64,000 nt of DNA from an uncultured delta proteobacterium (GCA_963826785.1 CAWGYD010000005.1:288001-352000), one strand, 5' to 3'; positions 29,289-39,320 are shown, numbered from the stretch's first letter. The notes: generated by a model from the letters alone, not told the origin. A program made the numbers and translations.

Positions 29289-29543
29289 TTACTCCTTCCC
29301 TTCGGCGATTTTCTTTGCAATTGCCTTGCGGGCGGATGCACGTATATCTTCGAAGTCGCCGGGTTTGCCTTTTGCCGGTACGCTGCCCTTTAATTCGAGA
29401 ATATCTCCATGGATAGGCCTAAGAATAACCTTCCCGTCTTCGAGCAGGTAAAGCAAGCGATCGTTTGGCTTGATTCTGAGCAATTCCCTAATCTTTTTAG
29501 GAATTGTTGTTTGTCCCTTACTGGTGACGATTGACTGCACCAT
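29289..29543 (-). CDS. AbrB/MazE-family antitoxin
   Basis: SIVTSKGQTTIPKKIRELLRIKPND. Confidence 0.9.
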   Translation of the reverse strand: MVQSIVTSKGQTTIPKKIRELLRIKPNDRLLYLLEDGKVILRPIHGDILELKGSVPAKGKPGDFEDIRASARKAIAKKIAEGKE

Positions 29544-29629
29544 GGTGAATCTCCTTATTTATTTTATATGCATTACATTTTAAAGAATGAATTGTTTATT
29601 GTCAAGGGGAGGGAGGAGGATAATGTTTT

Positions 29630-29660
29630 GGTAATGGGTTATGGGTAATGGGTTATGGGG
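29630..29660 (+). repeat. G-rich heptamer array (GGT[A/T]ATG)x4
   Basis: GGTAATGGGTTATGGGTAATGGGTTATGGGG; reverse complement of the array at 30056-30110. Confidence 0.85.
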
Positions 29661-29679
29661 GGAAGGGGGAAAGGGAGTG

Positions 29680-30072
29680 ATGGGGGAGGGGTTTCGGGGT
29701 CTTCATGTTTGGCAGAAATCGAGGGATTTGGCGGTTGCGGTATATGAACAGACAGATCAAGGGATGTTGAAAAAGGATTTTGGTTTGCGTGATCAGATCA
29801 GGTGATCAGCTGTCAGCGTGCCCAGTAACATCGCGGAGAGTGATGAGCGGGACACGAATAAAGATGCCATCCGATTTTTCTATATGGCAAAAGGATCATT
29901 AGCCGAGTTAAGAACGCAACTTGAAATCGCCCATTTGATAGGCTATATCGAAAAAGATTCTTTTTCCGAATTCGAAAATCGCTGCCAGGAAATCGCCAGA
30001 ATGCTGGGCAGCTTAATAAAAGCAAGAAGCCCCCAAGCTCCTAAAAAAAATTTGCTAACCCATAACCCATAA
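29680..30072 (+). pseudogene. Four-helix-bundle (23S rRNA IVP / Avd-like) protein with in-frame TGA at 29803
   Basis: MGEGFRGLHVWQKSRDLAVAVY...DFGLRDQIR*SAVSVPSNIAES...FFYMAKGSLAELRTQLEIA. Confidence 0.88.
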
Positions 30073-30110
30073 CCCATAACCCATAACCCCTAACCCACTA
30101 ACCCATAACC
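30056..30110 (+). repeat. C-rich heptamer array (TAACCCA)n
   Basis: TAACCCA x4, TAACCCC, TAACCCAC, TAACCCA, TAACC. Confidence 0.9.
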
Positions 30111-30198
30111 TGCCGCGAAAGCACCAGCACATCGGCAAATCCATGATGGGGCGGTGCATCGATGATGATCCGATCAAATTTTTCTATATCACTGAAAA

Positions 30199-31731
30199 TC
30201 ATTTATTTCCTTCCGCCTTCCATGGAAGTCCCGAAATCCCGAACGCGATGATATGGGTGATCAGCAGCCAGCCCACTCCCAGAATCAGGATACCGGATAT
30301 GGGATATCCGGAATAGGGGGTTGAAAATTCCGTGAGCATGCTGTTGATGATGGCAATCCCGAGGGCCACCGGGGTGATGAATTTGATGCAGTATTTCCAA
30401 AGCTGCAGGATCACATAATTGAAGATCCGATGCCGGGTCCCGGAAAGTCCCAGCTGGGAGACGATATGGGATTTGAGCTTTTCCGTCCGGTAGAGCCATC
30501 CGATGATGAAGGCCTCTATGATGCCCACGGTGATCAGGCCATAATGGTTGAGGAAATGGTCGACGATATCGAGCCAGTAGAGCCCCGCATGGCTGGTAAA
30601 AAGAAGCGAAAGGCAAAATCCGATGGCGCATATCAGCGTGATGACGATTTTTCGGGAGGTTCCGAACTTGTCGATGGCCGCCGCCGTAAAGGCTTCGATG
30701 ATGGAGATGGAAGAGGAAATCCCGGCGATCATGAGCAGAAAGAAAAACAGCAGTCCGAACAGTCTGCCGAAGGGCAGCAGGGAGATGGCCTGGGGATAGG
30801 CCACAAAGGCCAGACCGATTCCGGACTGAACCGTGTCCCGGATGGGGACACCCTGCTTCAGGGCCATGTAGCCGAGAATGCTGAATACCCCGAGGCCGGC
30901 GAACACCTCATAGGAGCTGTTGGTCAGCGCCACGATGATGCTGTTTTTAAAGATGTTGGCATTCTTGGGAAGATAAGAGGCGTAGGCGATCATGATCCCG
31001 AAGCCCAGGGACAGAGAAAAAAAGATCTGGCCGTAGGCGGCGATCCAGACATTTAAGTTCATGATCTTTGAAAAATCCGGGGTGAGATAGAGCCGGATAC
31101 CGCTTCCAGCCCCCTCCAAAAACATCGACCAGATGATGATAATCAGGGTAATGGCAAACAGCACCGGCATCATGAACTTAACCGCCCGCTCAAGGCCTTT
31201 TTCAACACTCTGAAAGCTTATCCACCAGTTGATGAACCAGACCACGGCCACGCCGCCGACAATGGGCAGGTTCAATCCCCGAAAGTCCCACACGCCTTCG
31301 GATTTGTTCAAAAACGTGGAAAAGAAAAACGTATTGGGATCGCTGCCCCATTTCAGGGTAAACGAAAAGATCACATAATTGAGGCACCAGCCGATGATCA
31401 CGATATAGTAGGCCAGGATGCCGAACATGACGAATACCACCGACCACCATCCCAGCCATTCCCATTTGCTGTCGATCAGGAAAAAGGCTTTGGGCGCCGA
31501 TGCTTCCTTTTTGTGCCCGAGGGCGAATTCAAGCATCAGGATGGGGATGCCGGCTGTGATGAGGGCCACTACATAGGGGATCAGAAATGCGCCGCCGCCG
31601 TTTTCATACGCCACATAGGGAAAGCGCCAGATGTTTCCCAGACCCACGGCTGAACCGATGGCCGCAAACAGAAACCCCGCGCTGCTCCCCCATTGTGGCC
31701 GGCTGTTCTCCTGTCTTTCTTTACTGACCAT
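30199..31731 (-). CDS. Sodium-dependent transporter (NSS/SNF family)
   Basis: GSAVGLGNIWRFPY, GGGAFLIPY, GQIFFSLSLGFG, GLAFVAYP. Confidence 0.95.
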   Translation of the reverse strand: MVSKERQENSRPQWGSSAGFLFAAIGSAVGLGNIWRFPYVAYENGGGAFLIPYVVALITAGIPILMLEFALGHKKEASAPKAFFLIDSKWEWLGWWSVVFVMFGILAYYIVIIGWCLNYVIFSFTLKWGSDPNTFFFSTFLNKSEGVWDFRGLNLPIVGGVAVVWFINWWISFQSVEKGLERAVKFMMPVLFAITLIIIIWSMFLEGAGSGIRLYLTPDFSKIMNLNVWIAAYGQIFFSLSLGFGIMIAYASYLPKNANIFKNSIIVALTNSSYEVFAGLGVFSILGYMALKQGVPIRDTVQSGIGLAFVAYPQAISLLPFGRLFGLLFFFLLMIAGISSSISIIEAFTAAAIDKFGTSRKIVITLICAIGFCLSLLFTSHAGLYWLDIVDHFLNHYGLITVGIIEAFIIGWLYRTEKLKSHIVSQLGLSGTRHRIFNYVILQLWKYCIKFITPVALGIAIINSMLTEFSTPYSGYPISGILILGVGWLLITHIIAFGISGLPWKAEGNK

Positions 31732-31910
31732 GTGCTGCCTCCCGAAGACATAAAAAGATTACAGATCCATGGCATTTTCATCGTCTGATCGGAAGAATAC
31801 CATATCACTTCTCAGGTGATTTTGCGGCGATTTTTTGCAAGCTTCTCATGAAAGGAACTTAACCCGGTAAAGCGTTTTCCACCCGTTTATCTTTTGATTT
31901 CCCACCGGTC

Positions 31911-32158
31911 CAACACCCCCCCTGCCCCCCCTCAAGGGGGGAATTTGATTGTATATTCAAAGACCAATTCCCCTTTAGGGAGGAATTTGATTGTATTTCA
32001 AGGCCTAATCCCCTCGGGAGGAAAAAATTTGATCGTAATTTCAAGGCCTAATCCCCCCTTGATGGGGAAATTTGATCGTAATTTCAAAGCTTAATCCCCC
32101 GTGATGGGGAAATTTTCAATAACTAATCCCCCCTTGAGGGGGGGCAGGGGGGGTGTCC
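31911..32158. repeat. Inverted family-C REP pair enclosing a ~41-bp tandem array
   Basis: Four to five units CCCC..GGGA(G)GAATTTGAT(T/C)GTA(A)TTTCAAGGCCTAAT. Confidence 0.85.
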
Positions 32159-32294
32159 CGGCGGCGGCCGTTACGATTCAAAAGTTCCTTCCTGTAAAAA
32201 CACCGCGCAGCGGGGACGGGAGCTTTTTAAGAGGCGGGGATAAGTCATTGTTGATATCTCCGTCAGGGGCGGGCTTGGTGCTGCAGGAAACATT

Positions 32295-33066
32295 TTACGG
32301 TCGGCGGGACTTTCCTTCATCAAATGACTTCTTCCCATACCAGTTGATCTGGCGGCATATGCCCCTGATGATGCTGACCTCCCGGGGCCCGCAGGGGATA
32401 GCGTGAAAAGAAAAGCCGGATTTTATTCATCCAGTAGTCCGGGTTTTCCGGGTTAATGTAGTTGATTTTCACCAGGACGTCTTTGAGTTGTTCGTACATG
32501 CCGTCTAATTCATGGCGGCTGGCCAGGCGGGGAAGAAAATCGGATTTGCGAACCTGGCCGGCCTGAAACAGTTCGTAGCAGATGATCATCACGGACTGGG
32601 CCAGGTTGATGGAAGAGAACTCGGCCGTGGGAATGTTGACCAGGCAGTGGCACTGCCGGATCTCTTCATTGGTCAGCCCACGGTCTTCGGGGCCGAAAAC
32701 CACGGCGATGCGGTTATTTTCGGAAATGGATGAAAGGTGTTCGGCCAATACGGCGGGTTTGAGGATCAGCTGGCGCTGGGAACCCAGTCGCGCGGTGGTT
32801 CCGACCACGTAGTTGAAGGCGGCCAGTGCGGTCTCCAGGTTATCCTGAACGGATATGGCATTGACCATATCGGCTGCCGCATGGGTGGCCAGCCGGTAGA
32901 TGGCTTCCGGATCAAATCGCTCCGGGTCCACGACCGTCAGGTGCGAAAACCCCATATTCTTAATCGCGCGTGCAGCAGACCCGATATTTTCCGGGTAACG
33001 GGGCCGGTGCAAAACGATGGTGATCTGATCCAGTTTCAGAGCGTTTTTCATGATTTTGGGATACAT
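32295..33066 (-). CDS. TrmJ/LasT-family RNA methyltransferase (frameshift near 32385)
   Basis: PENIGSAARAIKNMG, VFGPEDRGLTNEE, SSINLAQSV; REVSIIRGICRQI resumes in another frame. Confidence 0.88.
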
Positions 33067-33169
33067 TTGGGGGCAGTTTTAAGCCTGCCCGTGTTCGTGT
33101 GGTATTAACTGAAAATCAGTAATATTTCAGTGGTCTGAAAAAAGCGATATATCAATGGCAAAGCGCTTC

Positions 33170-33730
33170 ACACCCCCCTGGCCCCCCTCAAGGGGGGAAT
33201 CATTCTCTATACTGACGATTACCCACACATGACGACGGGGATGAATTGGCATGGGTGCAAAGACTCGATTTAATTTATAATTAATTGTTCATCGCCTTTT
33301 AATTCCCCCCTTGAGGGGGGCAGGGGGGTGTCCCCGCGCCGGTCATCTCAAGGGGGGAATCATTCTCTATGCTGACGATTACCCACACATGACGACGGGG
33401 ATGAATTGGCATGGGTGCAAAGACTCGATTTAATTTATAATTAATTGTTCATCGCCTTTTAATTCCCCCCTTGAGGGGGGCAGGGGGGTGTCCCCGCGCC
33501 GGTCATCTCAAGGGGGGAATTATTCTCTATACTGACGATTACCCACACATAACGACGGGGATGAATTGGCATGGGTACAAAGACTCGTTATCAATTTACA
33601 ATTGCAAATTGATAATTCGCAATTCACAATAAATTGTTCATCATGATCATGGAAAAAATTAAGAGGTGCCTCCCCATTAAATTCCCCCCTTGAGGGGGGG
33701 GCAGGGGGGGTGTCCCCACGCCGGTCATCT
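33170..33730. repeat. Three ~160-bp tandem units bounded by family-C REPs
   Basis: AGGGGGGAAT(C/T)ATTCTCTAT recurs at 33191, 33351 and 33511. Confidence 0.9.
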
Positions 33731-33732
33731 CG

Positions 33733-34626
33733 CTAAACGAATACGGTTTCCAGAAATTCCATGAAGGCGCGGCACAGCGGGGAAGGGGTGCGGTCCTTGT
33801 GAACGGTCAGATAAAAGTGCCGCTTGAGATCGAGTCCCCGGATGGCCAGGGATTTTAATTTATTCTCAGCCAGATCTTCTTCCACCGCAATGGGGGATAG
33901 AATCGATACGCCCAGATGGTGCTTGATTCCTTGAATGACCGCTGCGGTGCTCCCCATTTCCGCGATGATATTCAAGCCCTCCAACGTCGAATCCGATCGG
34001 GAGAAGCTGTCCTGGATCGATCGAAGCGTTCCCGATCCACTTTCCCGGATAATGAACGGCTCGGTCTTCAACATGGAGATATCGATTTCTGAGCGATCCG
34101 CCCATTTATGATCAGATGGAATGATCAGGCGCAACGTGTCTTCGATCAATTCTTTTTGAATCGTATTCGGGCTGTCTGTTTTTGCTCCCACGATGCCCAT
34201 TTCCAGCTTGTAGGCCAGGATTTCCTCGATAATCTGGGCCGTATCCCCGATTTTTAGCGATATGTTTACGTTCTGGTGTTCATTGACGAACCGGCCGATA
34301 ACTGGCGGAAGGATATAGCCGCCGGGGATGGTGCTGCCGCCGATGGTCAGGCGTCCGCTGATTTTTCCCAGAAACTCGTTCATGGCCGATTCGGTTTCCT
34401 GGAAAAGGGTGCTGATCCGCGTGGCATAAGCGTACAGCAATTCGCCAGCCTTGGTGGGCAGGGCCTGCTTTCCTAAGCGGTCGATCAACTGACACCCGAA
34501 ATAGTTCTCCAGTTCCTTGATATGGCTGCTGATGGTCGGCTGAGTCAGATTCACCGCCTTGGCCGCTTTTGAAAAGCCCTTCAGTTCGACGACTTTTTGA
34601 AATATTTTCAGGTGCCACAGGTCCAT
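33733..34626 (-). CDS. LysR-family regulator (CysL-like, divergent from yedF)
   Basis: FSKAAKAVNLTQPTISSHIKELE HTH; IIRESGSGT. Confidence 0.92.
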   Translation of the reverse strand: MDLWHLKIFQKVVELKGFSKAAKAVNLTQPTISSHIKELENYFGCQLIDRLGKQALPTKAGELLYAYATRISTLFQETESAMNEFLGKISGRLTIGGSTIPGGYILPPVIGRFVNEHQNVNISLKIGDTAQIIEEILAYKLEMGIVGAKTDSPNTIQKELIEDTLRLIIPSDHKWADRSEIDISMLKTEPFIIRESGSGTLRSIQDSFSRSDSTLEGLNIIAEMGSTAAVIQGIKHHLGVSILSPIAVEEDLAENKLKSLAIRGLDLKRHFYLTVHKDRTPSPLCRAFMEFLETVFV

Positions 34627-34670
34627 CGCAGATCCCGCCTTAATTTTAATATTTGAGAAAGAACAACGTT

Positions 34671-34802
34671 GATGAACCCGCAAAAAGTCGGATTTTACGC
34701 TTTTGTCATTCCGGCGGAGGCCGGAATCTACTACAAACTAAGCTGGTTATAGACTCCGGTTTTCACCGGAGTGACGAACTTCGGACTTTTTACGGATTCA
34801 TC
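34671..34802. mobile_element. MITE A copy 4 (132 bp), in the lysR-yedF intergenic region
   Basis: TSD AACGTT at 34665-34670 and 34803-34808. Confidence 0.88.
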
Positions 34803-34987
34803 AACGTTATTTGGCGGCATGTATTGCCGCAGACTCGACCACCATACGAATTTTATTAAAAAATTCAATACAAAATACCAAATGATCGAAATTTACAATT
34901 TGATTATTTGATATATTGCTTATATTTCAGAAAATATGACTATCCAGGAAATAATACAATCCTTCCTATCTCTGAAAGGGTATCCAC

Positions 34988-35592
34988 ATGTCTGAAATAG
35001 ACGCGCGCAAGATGGCTTGCCCGGCGCCGGTGCTCATGGTCCGGGAGGCGGTGGAAAATCAGCATCCTGCCGTTATACAGGTGATTGTCGACAACGACGC
35101 CGCCCGGCAGAATGTTTCAAGATTTTTGCAATCAAGATCCTACACGGTGCAAACAGAAGCCCGGGACTCGGAATTTAAAGTCACCGGCAGGCGGGGTGAA
35201 GAAGCGTCCGACCAGCCGCGGGACCAGGGAGTAAGAGGCGAAAAACCAGATGCGCGGCAGAAAATCATGGTCATGATCGCCACCGACCGGATCGGATATG
35301 GCGATGCGGAACTGGGCCGGAAGCTGATGGTGAATTTCATTAAAACCCTTAAGGAAATGGGGGCGGACCTGTGGCGGCTGGTCATGGTCAACAACGGGGT
35401 CAAACTCGCCGTTGCCGGATCGGAAGTGATCGATGATTTAAAAACCTTGAGGAAAATGGCGTTTCCATTCTGGTCTGCGGCACCTGCCTGACCCATTTCA
35501 ATCTGCTCGATGCCAAACAGGTGGGGGAAACCACCAACATGCTCGATATCGTCACCGCCATGCAGCTGGCCGAAAAAGTCATCAATATTTAA
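34988..35592 (+). CDS. yedF: Sulfurtransferase-like selenium metabolism protein YedF (frameshift near 35445)
   Basis: IDARKMACPAPV TusA motif; GDAELGRKLM; VCGTCL...VGETTNM in the shifted frame. Confidence 0.85.
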
Positions 35593-35911
35593 AGTCAAAG
35601 ATCAGGTTCTTATCCTTTAACTACTGTTATTTATCGCTATCGTTTTTGCCATCGTCAAAGTGATCTGCCGATTTTGGCAGGTGCTTCCTGCCAATCCCAA
35701 ACATGGGCCCGCGCTTTGAGCCCTCCCGTCGTGCCGTGATGAGAAGTGGATCGTTGCGATACGTTTTTGTATCGTTTTGCGTCGAACCGTGCTTATAATT
35801 ACGGGAAATACCATCCGCATCCGTGCAGCAGCTTAAACTCTGCCGGGTTTTGCGCCAAGAGTGCTGCTCTGGCATGGAATTTGTAACATTCGATTACAAA
35901 GGAATCTTCAA

Positions 35912-36889
35912 TTGAAGAATCGATTGTGTCAATTGCTCGGCATCCGCTATCCCGTCATCCAGGCCGGAATGGTCTGGGTTTCCGACTGGCGCCTGGCCTG
36001 CGCCGCCAGCGAAGCGGGCATTCTCGGAACCATCGGGACCGGGGCCATGTCGATGGAGGAGATCGGAGAAAACATAAAATCCATGAAAGCCGCCACCGAC
36101 CGGCCGTTTGCCGTCAATATTCCGCTTTTGCGGCCGGATGCGGTCGAACTGGTCGAGTTCTGCCAGAAAGAAAAGGTGAGCATTTTCATCACTTCGGCCG
36201 GAAATCCCCAGAAGCTTGCCGACATCATCAAGTCATCCAAAAACATCTGGATACATGTGGTCCCGTCAGTCCGAGGGGCGCAAAAGGCGGTGGAAGCGGG
36301 TGCGGACGCGGTCATCGGGGAGGGGTACGAAGCCGGCGGGCATAACAGCCCCTATGAGATTACCACCCTGGCGCTGATCCCGCAGCTGGCCGATGCGGTG
36401 GAGGTCCCCGTGGCCGGGGCCGGCGGCATCGCCGACGGCAGGGGGATCGCCGCGGTGATGGCCCTGGGGGCGGATGGCGCCCAGCTGGGCACCCGGTTCA
36501 TCGCCACCCGGGAATGCCCGGCCCACGAGCACTATAAACAAATGATTGTTGAGGCCCTGGACCACGGCACATGCATCGTCGGTCGAAAACTCAATATGCT
36601 GCGGGTGCTGAAAAATGCATTTTCCGACACCATGGTTGAAGCGGAAAACCAGGGGGCGACCAGAGAAGCTCTTCTGGAGATCATCGGAAATGAATTCAAC
36701 CGGAATCGCGCCGCATCGCTTCTGGGGGACCTGGAGGAAGGCGCCTTTCAGGCCGGACAGTCCGCCGGTTTAATCCGGGACATTCCCACCGTCGCAGAGC
36801 TGGTCGAGCGGCTGATTGATGAATATGAACAGGCGAAAACATCCCTTCCATCCCTTGGCGGGTCTGCATCCGCCGATCCCCTGCATTGA
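35912..36889 (+). CDS. Nitronate monooxygenase / FabK-like flavin oxidoreductase
   Basis: YPVIQAGM, EGYEAGGH, GAGGIADGRG, GAQLGTRF, AGQSAGLI. Confidence 0.9.
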   Translation: MKNRLCQLLGIRYPVIQAGMVWVSDWRLACAASEAGILGTIGTGAMSMEEIGENIKSMKAATDRPFAVNIPLLRPDAVELVEFCQKEKVSIFITSAGNPQKLADIIKSSKNIWIHVVPSVRGAQKAVEAGADAVIGEGYEAGGHNSPYEITTLALIPQLADAVEVPVAGAGGIADGRGIAAVMALGADGAQLGTRFIATRECPAHEHYKQMIVEALDHGTCIVGRKLNMLRVLKNAFSDTMVEAENQGATREALLEIIGNEFNRNRAASLLGDLEEGAFQAGQSAGLIRDIPTVAELVERLIDEYEQAKTSLPSLGGSASADPLH

Positions 36890-36904
36890 ATCAGGAAAGG
36901 TTTT

Positions 36905-37507
36905 ATGATAAAGTACAACGGAATCAATCATCTGGCGCTTGCCACAAATGACATGGAAAAAACCATCCGGTTCTGGCGCGACCTCCTGGGGATGCGGCTG
37001 GTGGCGGGTCTGGGAGACAGCCGGTTCCGGCATTATTTTTTTGAAATCTCGGATACGGATCTGATCGCATTTTTTGAGTGGCCGGATGTGGAAAATATTG
37101 ATCTCAAGGATCACGGGGTGCCTGTCAGCGGGCCGCTGGCCTTCGATCATGTATCGGTCGGGGTGCGCGACGCAAAGAGTCTGTGGGAACTTAAAGACCG
37201 GCTGGAAGCGGCTGGATTCTGGGTTTCGGAGGTGATCGACCACGGCTTTATTCTCTCGATTTACACTTTTGATCCCAACCACATCGCCATTGAATTCAGC
37301 GTGGCGGTAGAGGGGGTGGATTTGCGAAAGCACCCGTTGATGAAAGACCGGCATCCGGCCATGGCCGCAAACGAAGGTTCGGAGCCTCAGCCAGGGCACT
37401 GGCCGGAAACAGTTCACTCAACTTCAAAGGATGAACAGGATATATTTCCCGGTGAAGGCGTTGTTTTCAGGGAATCAACAAGTCGATTTGAAAGGAAATC
37501 ATCATGA
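36905..37507 (+). CDS. VOC/glyoxalase family protein
   Basis: GINHLALATNDMEKT, FDHVS, SIYTFDPNHIAIEF. Confidence 0.9.
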   Translation: MIKYNGINHLALATNDMEKTIRFWRDLLGMRLVAGLGDSRFRHYFFEISDTDLIAFFEWPDVENIDLKDHGVPVSGPLAFDHVSVGVRDAKSLWELKDRLEAAGFWVSEVIDHGFILSIYTFDPNHIAIEFSVAVEGVDLRKHPLMKDRHPAMAANEGSEPQPGHWPETVHSTSKDEQDIFPGEGVVFRESTSRFERKSS

Positions 37508-39183
37508 AATTAGTCGTTATCGGCGGGGTCGCCGGCGGGGCCACCGCAGCCGCAAGGGCCCGCCGGCTCAATGAAGAGGCACAAATCGTACTGTTTGAAA
37601 GAGGACCCTACATTTCTTTTGCCAATTGCGGCCTCCCCTACTACATCGGGGAGATCATCAAGGAGCGGGACAGCCTGCTGGTCACCACGGAGAAGATGTT
37701 TAGCGACCGGTATCGGGTCGATATCCGCAGCCGTTCGGAAGTGACCGCCATCGACCGCGAAAACAAGACGGTATCCGTTAAAAACCTGTCTGACGGGGAG
37801 ACCTATACGGAACCCTACGACCGGATTATCCTGGCGCCCGGGGCCGAACCCATCCGTCCGCCCCTGCCGGGCTTCGATCTGGATCGCATTTTCCAGCTCC
37901 GGAACATACCGGACACCGACCGGATCAAGGCATATGTGGATCAGAACAAGCCGGGATCCGCAGTGATCGTGGGCGGCGGGTTCATCGGCCTGGAGATGGC
38001 TGAAAACCTGGTTCACCGGGGGGTGAAAACCACCATTGTGGAAAAGATGCCCCACGTGATGCCATCCCTGGATGAGGAAATGGCCGGCCTGCTGCAGGCG
38101 CATCTTACGGAAAAGGGGGTCGAATGCGTCACCAATGACGGGATTGCCGCATTTTCTGAAAAAGAGGGCATACTGTCCGTGACAACGGAAAGCGGCCGGG
38201 AAATTCAATGCGACCTGGTCATTTTATCGGTGGGGGTGAGGCCGGACACGAAGCTTGCCAATGCCGCGGGCCTCAAGATCGGCGAAACCGGCGGCATCTG
38301 GGTAGACCCCACCATGCGGACATCGGACCCGGACATCTATGCGGTGGGCGACGCCGTTGAAATCCATGATTTCATCACGGGCGGAAAAACACTGGTTCCG
38401 CTCGCCGGCCCCGCCAACAAACAGGCCCGTATCGCCGCGGACAACGTCATGGGCCGAAAAAGCGTGTACCGCGGTGCGTTGGGGAGCATGGTGGTCAAGG
38501 TGTTTGACCTGGTGGCGGCCTCCACGGGATGCACGGAAAAGAAGCTGCAAAACATGAAAATGCCCTACCGAAAAAGCATCACCCACTCCGGTTCTCATGC
38601 GGGCTATTACCCGGGTTCCCAGATGATGGCCATCAAGCTGATGTTTTCACCGGGAAGCGGCAAGCTGCTGGGCGCCCAGATCGTTGGGGCAGAGGGCGTG
38701 GACAAGCGGATCGACGTGATGGCCGCCGCCCTTCACGGGAACATGTCGGTATTTGACCTGGAGGAGTTGGAACTGGCCTATGCACCGCCCTATTCGTCGG
38801 CCAAGGACCCGGTCAATATCGCCGGGTATGTCGCCGCCAACCTGCTCAAGGGGGATATGGATGCGGTTTGCTGGGATGAAATCTGTGAATGCGACCCGAA
38901 TACAGAAGTGCTCCTGGACCTCCGAAATTCAGATGAACTCGAAGAAGTCGGCCGAATTGAGGGGGCACTGCACATCCCTCTGGCCAAACTCAGGGACCGC
39001 CTGGATGAACTGGATCCGGACAAGCGGTATGTTCCTTTCTGCGCAGTGGGCCTGCGGGGTTATGTGGGACATCGGATCCTGACCCAGCATGGTTTCGACT
39101 CGCGCAATTTATCCGGCGGATATAAAACCTATTCGCATGCCGGCAAAAAGAACACCAGCGGGAATAAAGCGCATAAGGCATAG
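37504..39183 (+). CDS. CoA-disulfide reductase-like flavoprotein with rhodanese domain
   Basis: GGVAGGA, SFANCGLPY, GGGFIGLE, YAPPYSS, C-terminal FCAVGLRG. Confidence 0.93.
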   Translation: MKLVVIGGVAGGATAAARARRLNEEAQIVLFERGPYISFANCGLPYYIGEIIKERDSLLVTTEKMFSDRYRVDIRSRSEVTAIDRENKTVSVKNLSDGETYTEPYDRIILAPGAEPIRPPLPGFDLDRIFQLRNIPDTDRIKAYVDQNKPGSAVIVGGGFIGLEMAENLVHRGVKTTIVEKMPHVMPSLDEEMAGLLQAHLTEKGVECVTNDGIAAFSEKEGILSVTTESGREIQCDLVILSVGVRPDTKLANAAGLKIGETGGIWVDPTMRTSDPDIYAVGDAVEIHDFITGGKTLVPLAGPANKQARIAADNVMGRKSVYRGALGSMVVKVFDLVAASTGCTEKKLQNMKMPYRKSITHSGSHAGYYPGSQMMAIKLMFSPGSGKLLGAQIVGAEGVDKRIDVMAAALHGNMSVFDLEELELAYAPPYSSAKDPVNIAGYVAANLLKGDMDAVCWDEICECDPNTEVLLDLRNSDELEEVGRIEGALHIPLAKLRDRLDELDPDKRYVPFCAVGLRGYVGHRILTQHGFDSRNLSGGYKTYSHAGKKNTSGNKAHKA

Positions 39184-39320
39184 CCTTTTTGGATGGCTTT
39201 CGGCAACCTGCCGGGATAAGAGGAAATCGCCTGTGCCTCCGGCATTGACCGCTACGGGGATGATGATCATATTTATGGCTAAGACATAAAAAACACTCTA
39301 TTTCCGGAGGAGATCATTAC

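Noticed and set aside
29803..29805. In-frame TGA in the four-helix-bundle gene as selenocysteine
   Set aside because: The position corresponds to a conserved Arg (CGA>TGA transition), not Cys, and I recognised no SECIS.
16972..30072. RT plus Avd-like gene as a diversity-generating retroelement
   Set aside because: The RT has complete group II intron boundaries and domains V/VI, the genes are 11 kb apart, and I saw no TR/VR pair with adenine-specific mismatches.
19516..30110. TA island as an integron cassette array or prophage
   Set aside because: No integrase, no recognisable attC structure, mixed gene orientation and no phage genes.
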